Assembly (NCBI RefSeq): GCF_032191835.1
Contig: NC_083237.1
Span: 17,422,001-17,486,000 of the forward strand
DNA length: 64,000 nt
Direction of reading: 5' to 3'
Origin: Heteronotia binoei
Taxonomy: Eukaryota
Made by a program: the position numbers and the translations under genes
Shown: one piece after another, positions 22,050 through 34,423 of the stretch
How the letters are laid out: each line of letters begins with the position of its first letter
Position numbering within the stretch: the first letter of the stretch is position 1
Notes under the pieces: model-generated
Database searches by the model: none
What the model saw: the letters and a program-made list of their open reading frames with translations, nothing else
Told to the model about the DNA's origin: nothing

Positions 22050-22862
22050 ATGGACGTTAGCCAATATCTATTACGGATCGGGTACAAGGGTCCCGCCCAG
22101 CCTTCTCTGGAGACCTTGCGCCGTCTCCACCGTTGCCATCTCCTCTCCGTGCCCTTTGGGAGCCTGAGCATCCACTGTGGGGAGCCAATCTCCTTGACGT
22201 TGCCCCTTCTCTACGACAAGATTGTCCGCTGCCACCGGGACGGTTTCTGTTACGAGCTGAACGGGCTTTTCTTGTGGCTGCTGCAGACGCTGGGATTTGA
22301 CACCAAAGCAGTGTCCGGTCGCGTTCGGAACCGTTTCACGGGACACTACGGCCCCCCTCTGGACCATATGGTGATTTTGGTCCAGTTGGATGGACGCTCG
22401 TTCCTCTGTGATGTCGGTTTTGGGGAAGCCTTTCTAGAGCCACTGGAGTTGAAGCCGGACTCGGAACAAGTCCAAGATGGGGGCATCTTCTGGCTCGGCA
22501 ACAAGGGGGGAGTTTGGGTCTTGGAGCGCCGGGAAGTTCCTGGCAAGGACGGGAGACCTTTGTATCAATTCACCCTTGAGGAGAAGAAGTTGGAGGATTT
22601 TGCTGACATGTGCCTTTATCACCAGACTTCGCCCAGTTCTATCTTCCCCTGCAAATCCTTCTGTTCCTTGCATCAGGAAGACGGTGGGCGCCTTACCTAT
22701 ATGGGATGGCGTCTCATCTCCACAATGGGGGAGAAACGTACGGAGACCCCACTGCAAAGCTCTGAGATCCCAGCCGTCCTACGTGAGAAATTTGGGATTC
22801 AGTTGGAGAGGGACTTCGAGCCAAAGGACGAAAAGATCATGCCACCTCCTGAAGAAGGCTGA
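22050..22862 (+). CDS. NAT: Arylamine N-acetyltransferase family protein, 270 aa, single coding exon (copy 2, intact)
   Basis: Catalytic triad Cys67-His106-Asp121 with the spacing of human C68/H107/D122; motifs GFCYELNGLF, HMVILV, LCDVGFG; good Kozak context (AACATGG). Orthology to mammalian NAT1/NAT2 is not implied. Confidence 0.9.
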   Translation: MDVSQYLLRIGYKGPAQPSLETLRRLHRCHLLSVPFGSLSIHCGEPISLTLPLLYDKIVRCHRDGFCYELNGLFLWLLQTLGFDTKAVSGRVRNRFTGHYGPPLDHMVILVQLDGRSFLCDVGFGEAFLEPLELKPDSEQVQDGGIFWLGNKGGVWVLERREVPGKDGRPLYQFTLEEKKLEDFADMCLYHQTSPSSIFPCKSFCSLHQEDGGRLTYMGWRLISTMGEKRTETPLQSSEIPAVLREKFGIQLERDFEPKDEKIMPPPEEG

Positions 22863-23696
22863 GAAGGTAGAAGGGAAACGGGTCTCCGATTTGGACAGCA
22901 GGCTAGAAACTGGATTATACATCATCTCTTTGCACACAGGTTTCAGTCTCTGTCAGAACTGATGTCATATCACAGGATGTTCCAGAACATTCTAACTTCA
23001 GAAAGGGGAGGGGCAGTCAATTTTGATGTTTCAGGCATAGAAAAAAAATGATTCCCACATGGTGCTTTGTCTTCCTACAGCAAGGTGGAGCTGCCCCCAG
23101 GTTGGTTTAATCAAGAAGCAACTAGGGAAAGATTTGAGGATGGAGTGTGTGGAAGGCAGGGTTTGGGGAGGGGAGTGGAGTATAACACCATACACTCCAC
23201 CCTCCCAAGTATGGTTGCCATGTGACTGCTGCGGATGGGAGATCTCCTACCGCCCATTGGCTCTTGCCTTCTGTCACTCCAAGTGGCCAGCAGAAGAAAG
23301 AAAAAAAATCACCACTGGCAATGGAGTGGCATCATGTCCAAGAAACCCTGAACATGATGCCAGTCCCATCCAGGAATTGCTGGAAATTCTATAGTTTTGC
23401 CATAGAGATTCTGGAAATTCCTAGAGAGGTGGCACCACGCTGTCGCTGCAGGCCACCTCCCATTCCTCCACCTGGTTGTCCTACTACGCCTGGCCCCCTG
23501 ACTTCCAAAGCAGCCAGTTTCTCTAGAAGAACTGATTTCTGTAGTCTGGAGATCCACTGTAATTCTGGGAAGTCTCCAGGCCCCATCAGGAAGCTGGCCA
23601 TCCTGTCTGTGACAATCGAGGAATTTCCCCCAATCTCTATGGTATTTACTATAGAGATTGGGGAAATTCCTACAGGGTTGTGACATTACTTCCAAG

Positions 23697-24527
23697 TAGG
23701 CTTCCCAACCCCCAGGTCCCAGCGGGGGATCCCCCGTTTTGACAGGCTTCTCCCCGCCCCCAGCCAGCTGGCCGGCGGGGGAAGCCCCACCCCCACAGTC
23801 CTCCTGTAGTTTTAGAGCTCCGGCAGGTTTAGAAACCTGCAAACAGTTTTTAAAATGTGTACCTTTAAGGCTGAGCAGGCAGCAGGAAACAGGAAGGGCT
23901 TCATGGGAAAAGATCAGTAAGTTTCCTCAGAGAACGGCCCCTCTCTTTCTTTTGCTTTCGTTTTCAGAGCAAGCAGGAATATTCTGCAGGAACAAGATCT
24001 AGTAAGTATTTGTGTGTGAGAGAGAGGGAGGTGGCAGGGGATTCCAAGGTTTGGAGGCCCTCCCCCCGCTTTAGAAAGTGTGGGGGGGAGGGAAATGTCT
24101 ACTGGGCACTCTATTATTCCCTATGAAGAACGATTCCCATAGGGAATAATGGGGCATTGATCCGTGGGTATTGGGGGCTCTGGGGGGGCTTTTTTTTGAG
24201 GTAGAGGAACCAATTTTTTAGTATAGCATCTAGTTCCTCTCCCCAAAATACTCCCCAAGTTTCAAAATGATTGGACCAGGGGGTCCAATTCTATGAGCCC
24301 CAAAATATGGTGCCCCAATCCCTCATTATTTCCTATGGAAGAAAGGCATTTGAAAAGGTGTGCTGTCCCTTTAAATGTGATGGCCAGAACTCCCTTGGAG
24401 TTCAATTATACTTGTCACACCCTTGTACCAGGCTCCACCCCCAATGTCTCCTGGCTCCACCCCCAAAGTCTCCTGGCTCCGCCCCCAAAGTCCTCAGATA
24501 TTTCTTGAATTGGACTTGGCAACCCTA
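23697..24527. mobile_element. hAT non-autonomous element, family 2, private to N2
   Basis: TAGGCTTCCCAA ... TTGGCAACCCTA, perfect 8-bp TSD CTTCCAAG; the empty site is visible in N3 at about 51970. Confidence 0.92.
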
Positions 24528-25115
24528 CTTCCAAGTGTTCATCTGCAAGCGATGTCACAGTGACCCAGGTGCTCCCGCCAAGTCCCACCCCTCAAAAGCT
24601 CCCAGGATTGGCAGCTGCGAGCCTGGCATGGCATGAGGAGGCCGGGGTTTCAGTTCTGAATATTCCCTTGTCTTCGAGGCATCCGATGTGACATTTTGGA
24701 AAGACACCATTGCAGCAGTCTGTTTAAAAAAAAATGCTGGTCCTTTTCAAAAGCAATTTGATCATTTTTCTAGTGCGGTTCACAGTTTTTTCGAGTTGCG
24801 CTTAAAGGCCTCGATATAATCTTAAGGACCACAACAGAATATGTGAACTTGAATGCATGTTGTTAATGAGCGTATGGAAAATTTATTGTGAAAAATTCAT
24901 CGAATGATTATACGGGTGACTGCAAATAATATCTGTTTCTATTATTAGATACGTGGTGTAATTTCTTTTTGTTTCTCCTTTGTTCATTATCATCCCTTTC
25001 CCTTTTTGTGGTGTGCTTAAAGAAAAGCCTGTGCAAGCAGAAAACCAGCACATAAAGGGGACAGATCTGCTAAAGTCATGATTAAAAAGTGAGTGCAGCT
25101 GTGGGTAACAAGTCC

Positions 25116-25306
25116 CAGGGCTTTTTTTTTTTTTTTTTTTGCAGGAATTTCTTTGTATATTAGGCCACAGGCCCCTGATGTAGCCAGTACTCCAAGAGCT
25201 TTCAGTAGGTCCTGTACTAAGAGCCCTGTAAGCTCCTGGAGGATTGGCTACATCAGGGGTGTGTGGCCTAATATGCAAAGGAGCTCCTGCTAGAATTCTA
25301 CCCCTG
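25116..25306. mobile_element. Chimeric hAT MITE (as at 16687-16872)
   Basis: Same hybrid ends as in N1. Confidence 0.75.
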
Positions 25307-26712
25307 CTAACAACAAACTTCTTTATTGAAAGAACCAAACTGGAGAGCAATCAGGCAAAACAGGCAATAAACATAGTTGGGGAAGGACACACCTCTTTTA
25401 GTCAGCGGGAATCTGCCCCATTGGTCTCTCCAGGATCCTTCATTTGCATGTACATTGATACATGCCTTGTGTCCCGATTGGCCAGTTCAGACAGAATAGC
25501 CAATCTGAACGTAGGCATTTGGGTCCTGGAGGGTAGTACCATGCTTCAGTTACTAACACTATGAACAGTATATGAGCAAGAACACAGAACAGCACATAAT
25601 AGTCTTGCTAGTTTTCTATCTGCAGGAAGTTTGGGCATGGGCAAGCATTCTAAAACACGATCTCCAATCTAATCACGCAGACCACTCTACCTGCATGTGT
25701 GAACGAGGCCTCCTCATGCCTCTGCACTGGTTTTAATGAGCTCCTCTCCATGCAGAGATGCAGCAGCCTTACCTGTCCACAGTGGAGGCAGGCTCACAGG
25801 AACTCATGCAGATCTGCAACAGGTAGACTCCAAGGGCAGATTGCTCTTATTTTTAAAACAAGCCTTGGGCAAGAGGTAAGAATGAAGCACGAATCCAATT
25901 TTAACTCAGAAGCAAGCCTGCATCAGCTACCAGCTGTTAGGGAAACAGCAGGTTCAAAGAACAACAGATGTGTACCAGTCACAGAGGAGCTGCATGGAGA
26001 GCATTGATAGCCACCCTCTGCCACGTGAAGCAGGCAGATAAAGTAGTCCCTGTTCTCGAAAGAAGGGGCGGGGAGAGAGCAGAGCTCCTTCAGGCGCCCG
26101 GTAGGGATTCCTTTGCACGTTACAGGAGGCCTGGCTATAGGTGAGGGGTGTTCATACTGACTTTTAAAGGGTTGAGGGAGGAGCCAAAGGCGGGGCTAGT
26201 TGAAACAGGAGAAGCCCACACCATGTGCTTTTTGACTTGCATGTAAAGCAGGGATTTCGGTGGTGTGCAACAACCAGGAGTAAGAGCTGGGAAGAGTGGG
26301 CTGGGAGGGGGATCGGGGGGGGGGGGATGAAAAAGCAGGGAAGACCTAAGGTGACCACATTTCTTTCTTTCGAAGGCTCCTGAACGTCTAAGTCCTGCAA
26401 GACAGGTAGGAATTCAAGTTTTTTTTCATCACTGCAGGGCAGACACACACCTCCTTATTTTTATCTGTCTTGCAGCTATTACAGGTTCATGCGCTCTGCA
26501 CAGTTGTTCAGGGTGGTGAGAACCAGGGAGGACTGTGAGGCACTCCAGAGGGATCCGTCAAGGCTGGGCGAATGGGTGTCAACATGGCAAAGGAGGTTCA
26601 ATGTGGGCAAGTGCAAAGTAATAAATACACAGTGGGGCCAAAAATCCTAACTATAAATATACATGGATGGGGTCTGAACTGGCAGTAACTGTAGATAACT
26701 CCCTTGGAAACG

Positions 26713-28792
26713 GTCCAATTTAGAAGCAGCTCTTGACAGACCAGTCCGAGCTGCTTCTAATCTCGCGTCGCCCTGGTTCTTAGCCAGTTTGGTGTAGTGG
26801 TTAAGTGCGTGGACTCTTACCTGGGAGAACCGGGTTTGATTCCCCACTCCTCCACTTACACCTGCTGGAATGGCCCTGCAGGAGTTGTCCTTGAATGGGC
26901 AGATTCTGTGAAAGCCCTCTCACCCCCACCCACCTCACAAGGTGTCTGTTGTGGGGGAAGAAAATAAAGGAGATTGTAAACCGCTCTGAGCCTCTGATTC
27001 AGAGAGAAGGGCAGGGTATAAACCTGCGGTTTTCTTCTTCTTATGTTCAGAAATCCAGATATTGTGTAATGACACTCCTCAGCTTCTTTCCACCAACATC
27101 ATGAAACTAGAAAACAAATGAACATCTTAATCCCACTTAAAGCTGTGATGACCAATGTTGTAAGTGCCAGAAGCTGATCCAGCTGCTCTTCTTGTCACAG
27201 TGGTGGTAGGAAGTCCAGTTGAATCACAGCTGACATAGAGTAACCTCATAGGGTTTTCCAGGGCTTTTTTTTTTTTTGCAGCAGGAGCTCCTTTGCTTAT
27301 TAGGCCACATACCCTGGGTTTTAACCATTTACGTTTGCTACACAAAAGCTGCGGCACTTCCTGTAACTCCGGCGCAGATGGTGGGAAATCCGACAGACGC
27401 TGCAGAGGGAACAGGATTGTGACTGCGAGGTAAGCTGTGTGCGAAAACGGTCCAATTCTTTTCAAAGCCAGGATTCCTCTGGGAAACATAGCCATACAGT
27501 TCTCAAAATGTTTCTGCCTTATTCATGGGTAATTCATTTCATTCACTTATTGGACCATTAAATCCAACATTAGTGAAATCCCAGTTGTTACATTTTAATT
27601 CATGGCTGGAGAACTGACTTGGGAAGGTTCCTTCTCAATTTTATATCCTATCTAAAACAGACCAACACAATCAGAGAGAATGACACATCCTCTCCAGCAG
27701 AGGGCAGCACACACAAACATATCTATTATACTTTATGCTCAGTGAAAGGTGTTACTATTTTACAGTGACAGACTAGCATGGCTAACTCCTTTGGATCCAG
27801 GGCCTTTTCTGAGCAGGAACGCAGTTTCGGCTGGCTTGGCATCAGGGGGTGTGGCCTAATGTGCAAATGAGTTCCTGCTGAGCTTTTTCTGCAAAAATGC
27901 CCTGTGTGAAACAATGTTGCTGTTGCAAACTCCTTCATTTCCAGCAGCAGTGCATAGGGCAGTCTCCATGCGGAAACACCCTACAACAGCTACAGGAATT
28001 ATCTATACATTTAAGCTAGTTTCATGGACAGCGCCTGTCCCAACACCTGATTCAATCCATTTTTGTGAAGCTGCCACCTGATTCAATGCCATTTTTTGTG
28101 AAACTTCCCCAGTCTTTCAGAAAAGAATAGTCCAATGGTTAACTGGTTTGCTAACTGGCGTACACTCAGGACATGTATATCTGGCTGCTGCACAATCAAC
28201 ACAACACTTTGAGAGAGAGAGACAGAGAGACAGACAGAGACAGAGAATTCAACATTTCATTGCTGTTTTGTGTGATTGGTCCTATATCCTCTTTGATTTG
28301 CTCAGCCAGAGACTCCTAGGGGTTAAGATGCCATCATAAAGTCAAAGGCAAAGCTATTGGATAGGCTCTTTGCAGTGCCCAGGGGTCACGTGACAGGACT
28401 CATTTCCTCTTTTGCTCTCCCTTTCATTTCCTATAGTGAAACCGAGGACTTTGCTCTGAGCCAACCAGCGTGAGGAACTCCAGAAATTCCAGTGGAGTCA
28501 TTCTCTTGACCTGAGCCAGCCAGGAAGGCAGGAGGAGACCGGAGTCAAGATTCCTGGGCTCCTGGACTGGAAGATTCCTGGGCTCCTGGACTGGAAATAC
28601 GGTTGGCTGAGCTGTCAACTATGAATTAGAGATTCCTGAGCCACAAGACTTGTTGGAGAAGAAGATCAGGTCTGATGAGCTGTCAGTGGAGGGAGCATAA
28701 AGCAGATTCCTGACTCCTGTCGCTTCTGCATCCTGCTCAGCAGAACTTTTTTATTTTTTGTAGCAGGAACTCTTTTGCATATTTCGGCCACA
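26713..28792. other. Duplicated module X2, ending in the left half of the split MITE
   Basis: Colinear with X1; ends ...GCATATTTCGGCCACA immediately before the minisatellite. Confidence 0.92.
26783..27040 (+). mobile_element. Squam3-like SINE
   Basis: Paralogue of 18362-18637 with a small internal deletion. Confidence 0.8.
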
Positions 28793-28977
28793 TATAATAA
28801 GGCTTGCTGAAGCATTAGTTATAGTAAGGCTTGCTGAAGTATTAGTTATGGTAAGGCTTGCTGAAGCATTAGATATAATAAGGCTTGCTGAAGCATTAGT
28901 TATGGTAAGGCTTGCTAAAGTATTAGTTATGGTAAGGCTTGCTGAATTATTAGTTATGGTAAGCCTTGCTGAAGTAT
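28793..28977. repeat. 27-bp minisatellite, about 7 units, at the left end of Y(B)
   Basis: Same unit as 13887-14604 and 49387-49700. Confidence 0.95.
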
Positions 28978-29104
28978 AGATTAAGTACTATTGTTTGGAG
29001 TATCTTGCTAGGACTGCCCGCCACACAGACGTTCTACTAACTATTAAGGTTTTATTTGTACTATTATATCTCCTCCTAATTGCTGGTGTTCCATTTGTAT
29101 TGGT

Positions 29105-29124
29105 AATAAAACTTGTTTATTAAA
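29105..29124 (+). terminator. Candidate polyadenylation signals (AATAAA, ATTAAA) after the left minisatellite
   Basis: AATAAA at 29105-29110 and ATTAAA at 29119-29124 in AT-rich, 3'-UTR-like sequence followed by a T/G-rich tract. Confidence 0.4.
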
Positions 29125-29280
29125 AAGAACATAGACTTGGGTTTATTCTTGAGGCGCTGTATCCATGGGTCTTCCAGAGAGCCCACCGCCCAAGAGAGAC
29201 GCTGGGCAGATTTGCTCCTACCATCACTGAGTGCCCATCCGAGGAAGAGATGAAGGTCTCCATAGAGAAAGACTTAAAAA

Positions 29281-29571
29281 AAAAAAAGGTAAAGGTGCAA
29301 GCAACAGTCATTTCCAGCTCTGGGGTGATGACGCATCACGATGTTCTCACGGCAGACTGTTTTATGGGGTGGTTTGCCACTGCCTTCCCCAGTCATCGAC
29401 ACTTCCCCCCCCCAGAAAGTGGGGTACTCATTCGGCCGACCTCGGAAGGATGGAAGGCTGAGTCAACCTGGAGCCAGCTACCTGAACCCAGCTTTACCGG
29501 GATCGAACTCAGGTCCTGAGCAGAGCCTGGACTGCAATACTGCAGCTTTACCACTCTGCGCCACGGGGCTC
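29281..29571 (-). mobile_element. Full-length Sauria-type SINE
   Basis: tRNA head with A/B boxes, Bov-B-like body, (ACCTTT) tail. Confidence 0.85.
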
Positions 29572-30354
29572 CTTGAGGAGGACTAGATAGCATCATATTT
29601 TATTTTTTATTTGCTTCACCTCTATCCCACCTCACACCCCAATAGGGACCCAAAGTGCAGGCCATCCTCCATTCTATCCTCACAACGACCTTGGTGAGGC
29701 TGAGAGTGGTGCCGGGCTCAAGGCCACCAGGAGGCTTCCATGGCAGGAGTGGGGATTAAAACCCCAGGTCTTCCCAGGTCCTAGTCCAATACTCTTAACC
29801 AGTGCATCATGCTGGCTCATATCTTACCTGCAGCCAGCCATGCCTGGAGCTCCTCTAAACACAGCCAGCTCCAAAGAGGATAAGTTGGGCATTTGCCCAA
29901 AGGCCAAGGGTGCCCTCCCCAACAACCAGACCATTTTCATGGTGCATGGAACCTCCCCGAGAGTGGGAAGGAGTCTAGCAAGCCCTGGCTCTTTCTGGTG
30001 TGGAGGAGCCCAGGGCCTTTGAAGGCAGACCGCAGCCCCCTGTGCTGTTCCTTGGTGGCAGTGGGACATCCCTGAAAGAAGAAGAGTAGCAGATTTATTC
30101 CCCGCCCTTCTCCCTGAATCAGAGACTCTAGATGGCGCCTGGAGATCTCTCAGGATTACAACTGAACTCCAGACCATGGAAGAGTCAAGTTTCAGCTTTC
30201 GTGTGCTAGAAGCTCACGTCATCAGACAATAGTATGGAATGGCAAGCAGACCTAATTACGGAGAAAGTGGGCAGTGAGTTCATATACAGAGTCCTGGGAA
30301 TGTTATTTAGCAGATTGAAAGAATCACAAGTTGGGGTCTGGTGTTTATCAGTTA

Positions 30355-30468
30355 GTGTCTGATGAAGTGTGCTTAGAGCACATGAAAGCATACATTCTGA
30401 ATAAAACTTTGTGGGTCTTAAAGGTGCCAAATTGACTCTTGCTTTGTTCTACTGCTTCAGACCAACCT
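30355..30468 (+). mobile_element. Neptune-type Penelope pseudo-LTR fragment (copy B)
   Basis: Paralogue of 972-1085. Confidence 0.7.
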
Positions 30469-30834
30469 GGATCTATCCAGACCATGAAGATCACTTCACC
30501 GGCAGAAAATGCCTGCTTTGGAGGGTTTATCTCTTTCCACAGTTTTATGGCACTATATACTGTCCCTCCACAGGCTCCACCCACAAATCTCCAGGCATTT
30601 CTCAGCCTGGAGTTGTCAAGCCTACCACCCCTGGACTGGGTTGTCTTTTTGGGTCTGAGACTTGTGTTTCAGTGGACGGATGAAACCTGGAGGGGGCCAG
30701 CTCTGGCACACGCTCATTGGCTTCTTTTAAGATGTCTCTGCATGTCTGCTTGCAGGGTTGGCCTTGGAAATTCTAGACTCACACAGTGAATTCTCAGCCG
30801 ATGCAGGGTGTTAGTTTCAGAGTTGGTCCGGTCC

Positions 30835-31352
30835 TAAGAACATAAGAGAAGCCATGTTGGATCAGGCCAATGGCCCATCCAGTCCAACACTCTGTATCAC
30901 ACAGTGGCCAAAAATTTAGACATATACATATATATACACACTGTGGCTAATAGCCACTGATGGACCTCTGCTCCATATTTTTATCTAAACCCCTCTTGAA
31001 GCTGGCTATGCTTGTAGCTGCCACCACCTCCTGTGGCAGTGAATTCCACATGTTAATCACCCTTTGGGTGAAGAAGTACCTCCTTTTATCTGTTCTAACC
31101 CGACTGCTCAGCAATTTCATTGAATGCCCACGAGTTCTTGTATTGTGAGAAAGGGAGAAAAGTACTTCTTTCTCTACCTTCTCCATCCCATGCATAATCT
31201 TGTAAACCTCTATCATGTCACCCCGCAGTTGACGTTTCTTCAAGCTAAAGAGCCTCAAGCGTTTTAACCTTTCTTCATAGGGAAAGTGTTCCAAACCTGT
31301 AATCATTCTAGTTGCCCTTTTCTGCACTTTTTCCAGCGCTATAATATCCTTT
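30835..31352 (-). mobile_element. CR1 3' fragment (copy B)
   Basis: ORF MQKRATRMITGLEH..YEERLK.L.LFSL...; paralogue of 1452-1970. Confidence 0.9.
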
Positions 31353-31770
31353 TAATATATTATCCTATATAGAATATATATTCTTTTAATATAATTTTAA
31401 TATAATATCCTGGGTGAAGCTATGGGAAACAAACTACATGCTAATGGGCTGGTTGGCCAGGACTGAAGCTCTATGATGCCTTCCTGTGAAATATACATGA
31501 TAACTTTTCTAGTGCCTTCCTTTGAAATCTACAAACTTACAAGATAGCCTTTGAAATGCCTTCTTCTGAAATCTACAAATCTTTATGGCCACTTTTGAAG
31601 GAATCATTGTGGGGAGGGGGACAACTGAAGAGTGGATTGATTTCCTCTTGAAAGAATTACAGATTGCATTGTGAACATCCATTGGTGAGAGAGAAAGGAC
31701 TTCTATTGTATGAGGATTGTGATCCCTGTTCACAAGGACTTGTACAGCTAGTGACTAGTGGTGATGTATG

Positions 31771-31967
31771 CAGGGCTTTTTTGGCAGAAAAAGTCTAGCA
31801 GGAACTCATTTGCATATTAGGCCACACCCCCTGATGTCACCATTGTTTCACATAAGGGTTTTTGTAGAAAAAGCCTAGTGGGAATTCATTTGCATATTAG
31901 ACCACACACCCTGACACCAAGCCAGCCGGAACTGTGTTCCTCTGCGTTCCTGCTCAAAAAAGCCCTG
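31771..31967. mobile_element. hAT MITE, family 1 (copy B)
   Basis: Paralogue of 2388-2584; TSD GATGTATG/GGTGTATG. Confidence 0.88.
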
Positions 31968-32374
31968 GGTGTATGCATGATTTTGTAATGAATTGGATAA
32001 GCATATGGAGCAGAAGTCCATCAGGAGCTTCCATCAGGGGCTATTAGCCATAGCGTATTGTTGGAACTCTCTGTCTGGGGCAGTGATGATCTGTATTCTT
32101 GGTGCTTGGGCTTGGGGGGGCAACAGTGGGAGGACTTCTGGTGTCCTGGCCCCACTGATGGACCTCCTGATGGCACCTGGGGTTTTGGCCACTGTGTGAC
32201 ACAGAGTGTTGGACTGAATGGGCCATTGGTCTGATTCAACATGGCTTTTCTTATGTTCTTATGAATTAATTGAATATATTAATTAAGTGTATGGATTAAA
32301 GTTACATTAAGATAGTTTATAAATGCGAGTATTGTATACATTTTAATTAGTAATTGTGGTTGCAATAGTCTGAG

Positions 32375-32841
32375 TGTCAAGCATGGTAAAATTCAATTGA
32401 TAATTGATTGTTTTAGGGTCCTCCATAACACTGGTCTGTGAAATGTCTCGGAGGACCAAGATCTGTTACCTCTGTTATTCTTTCCCCTCCCCCTTCTTGC
32501 TTTATTGCTTGCAAAGTAGAAGTAGAGAGAAACTAAACTAACTTGAGAAGAAGTAATCAGCACCTTCCCATACATTCCAGTTAGGGAGTGCGACACATCT
32601 GGAGAGAGCAAGGACAGAGTCCTGATAACGTCATGAGAATGTAGACATTTATGATAGTTTATGTGTGAGAGCTATCCCTTGCCCCCTCCTTTTGGAATCC
32701 TTTTGAAGTAAGCCTTAAAAGTATTGTATCAATGTATCTGTAGCGTCATTCTCAAGAATCTGTTACACTGAAAATATCGGTATATCAATAAACGTAGTTT
32801 TGTATCAAGCTCGACTCATCATTGAAACCGCATGCTTGACA
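32375..32841 (+). repeat. 5' LTR
   Basis: TG...CA ends with TGTCAAGCA/TGCTTGACA inverted termini. Confidence 0.95.
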
Positions 32842-32894
32842 TTGTGAGAGTGATCCTATAAGAAGTTTAACCACCCTGGGAACTTTATAACTGA

Positions 32895-34379
32895 ATGGCT
32901 GAAAAGTTTCCAGTGAGCAGTGAACTTCCAGAACCTGAGGAAGGGGCGAGAGCACCAACACCGCCATGGCATATGCTGGATGCCCAGAGAGTTGCTGGAA
33001 AGGGCTCCCCTCTCCATATTCAACAACTCTTGGTCACCCCGTGCCAGTGGCAACTGCGTACCTCCACCACCATGATGGATGAGGCCCCGGCATGCACAGA
33101 TGCCATCCTAACCAGGCACATGCGCTGGGTGAAGATGGCCAATGGAGAGGGCGAGGCGGCAGAGCCTGGAGAGGAGGGAAGCGCAGCAGTGACCGGCGTG
33201 GAAGCCGATCCACCTCTGGCAGAGGTGGAAACGGTTGGGACCCACGAGATAATGGGCCTGGGGGAGGAGGAAGATGAGATTGCTCGAGAATTCCGATCAA
33301 TGGTACGAAAGGAAGTTGAAGAGTTCACCAAGGGGTTGCAGAATGAGATGCAAGCGATGACCACCATGATTGCCGGAGAATTCAACAGGCAAGTCAACCA
33401 GATTCTGAGGACGACTGACCCGAGAAGAGCCCCGCAACCGCCTGCGGCTAGACCCTTGACAATAACGCCACGGGCGCAGCCGGCGGCACCCCCGGCCCCT
33501 CAGGAAGGGGGCCGAGGAAGGGAGTTGGCAGCCACCTTTGACGGGGACCCTGAGGAGGTGGAGAATTTCACGATCCAGACTAATAGCTACATGCATTTTG
33601 GGGGGAACACCTTCCATGAATAATTTAGTCATGTGGACTATCTGTGATCAAAGCTGAAGGGGGCCATGAAAAGATGGTACGTGAGTCTGTACGAGGCCAT
33701 GACCCCAGAACTGGACGATGTGGCCACTTTCCTCCAAGCCTTGCTGGCCCAGTATGAGGACTCCCTACAGGAGACCTGCACGTTGGCCGCCCTGAGGGAC
33801 ATACAACAAGACTCTAAGTCGATCCATGAGTATGCAGCTGAGTTCCGCACCAACGCGGCCAAAGTGAGGGGGTGGAGTGAGCTGATGAAGATTGAGCATT
33901 TCAACCGAGGGCTGAACGCTAGTGTCCTGGATTGAGCCCTGCAGCAAGCGAGGCCAACCACCCTGGTGGGGTGGATACAGCTGGTGGGAGAGGTGGAGAC
34001 CAACATGAAGAGAGTGGCCATGCAGTGCCAGCAGCAGAGCGGCAAGTCGGGCCGTGTCCCGAAACCAGGGATGAAGACGGAGGCAAAGAAGACCCAGGTG
34101 GGGGGAGGAGCCGGGAAGCCTCCATCAACTCGCAAGTGCTGTCAGTGCGGGGACCCGAACCACCTGGCCAGTAGCTGCCCGAACCCCCCCAGGCCATCAT
34201 CCACCACCTCCAAGACAAGCATTCCAACTCCAAAGAAGCAGACCGACCGCCCTAAGGATGCGGCGAAGAGCAGCGCAGCCGCGAGCTCGTTGCCTGACAA
34301 GGAGACCATCGTCATTGATGAGCTGATTGAGATGTCCTGGGAGGACGAGCCGGTGGGAAACGAGGATGACCTGCTCTAA
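32895..34379 (+). pseudogene. gag: Gypsy gag (disrupted)
   Basis: Retrotransposon-gag-like FDGDPEEVENF...W motif and a CCHC knuckle (CCQCGDPNHLASSC); in-frame stops end the ORFs at 33623 and 33935. Confidence 0.85.
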
Positions 34380-34423
34380 ACGGTGCCAGTAAGCAGGTCG
34401 CCGATGAACCAACACCACTCAGA

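Larger units (their letters stand above)
21451..26712. other. Duplicated module N2
   Basis: Colinear with N1 and N3; has a private hAT insertion at 23697-24527. Confidence 0.92.
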
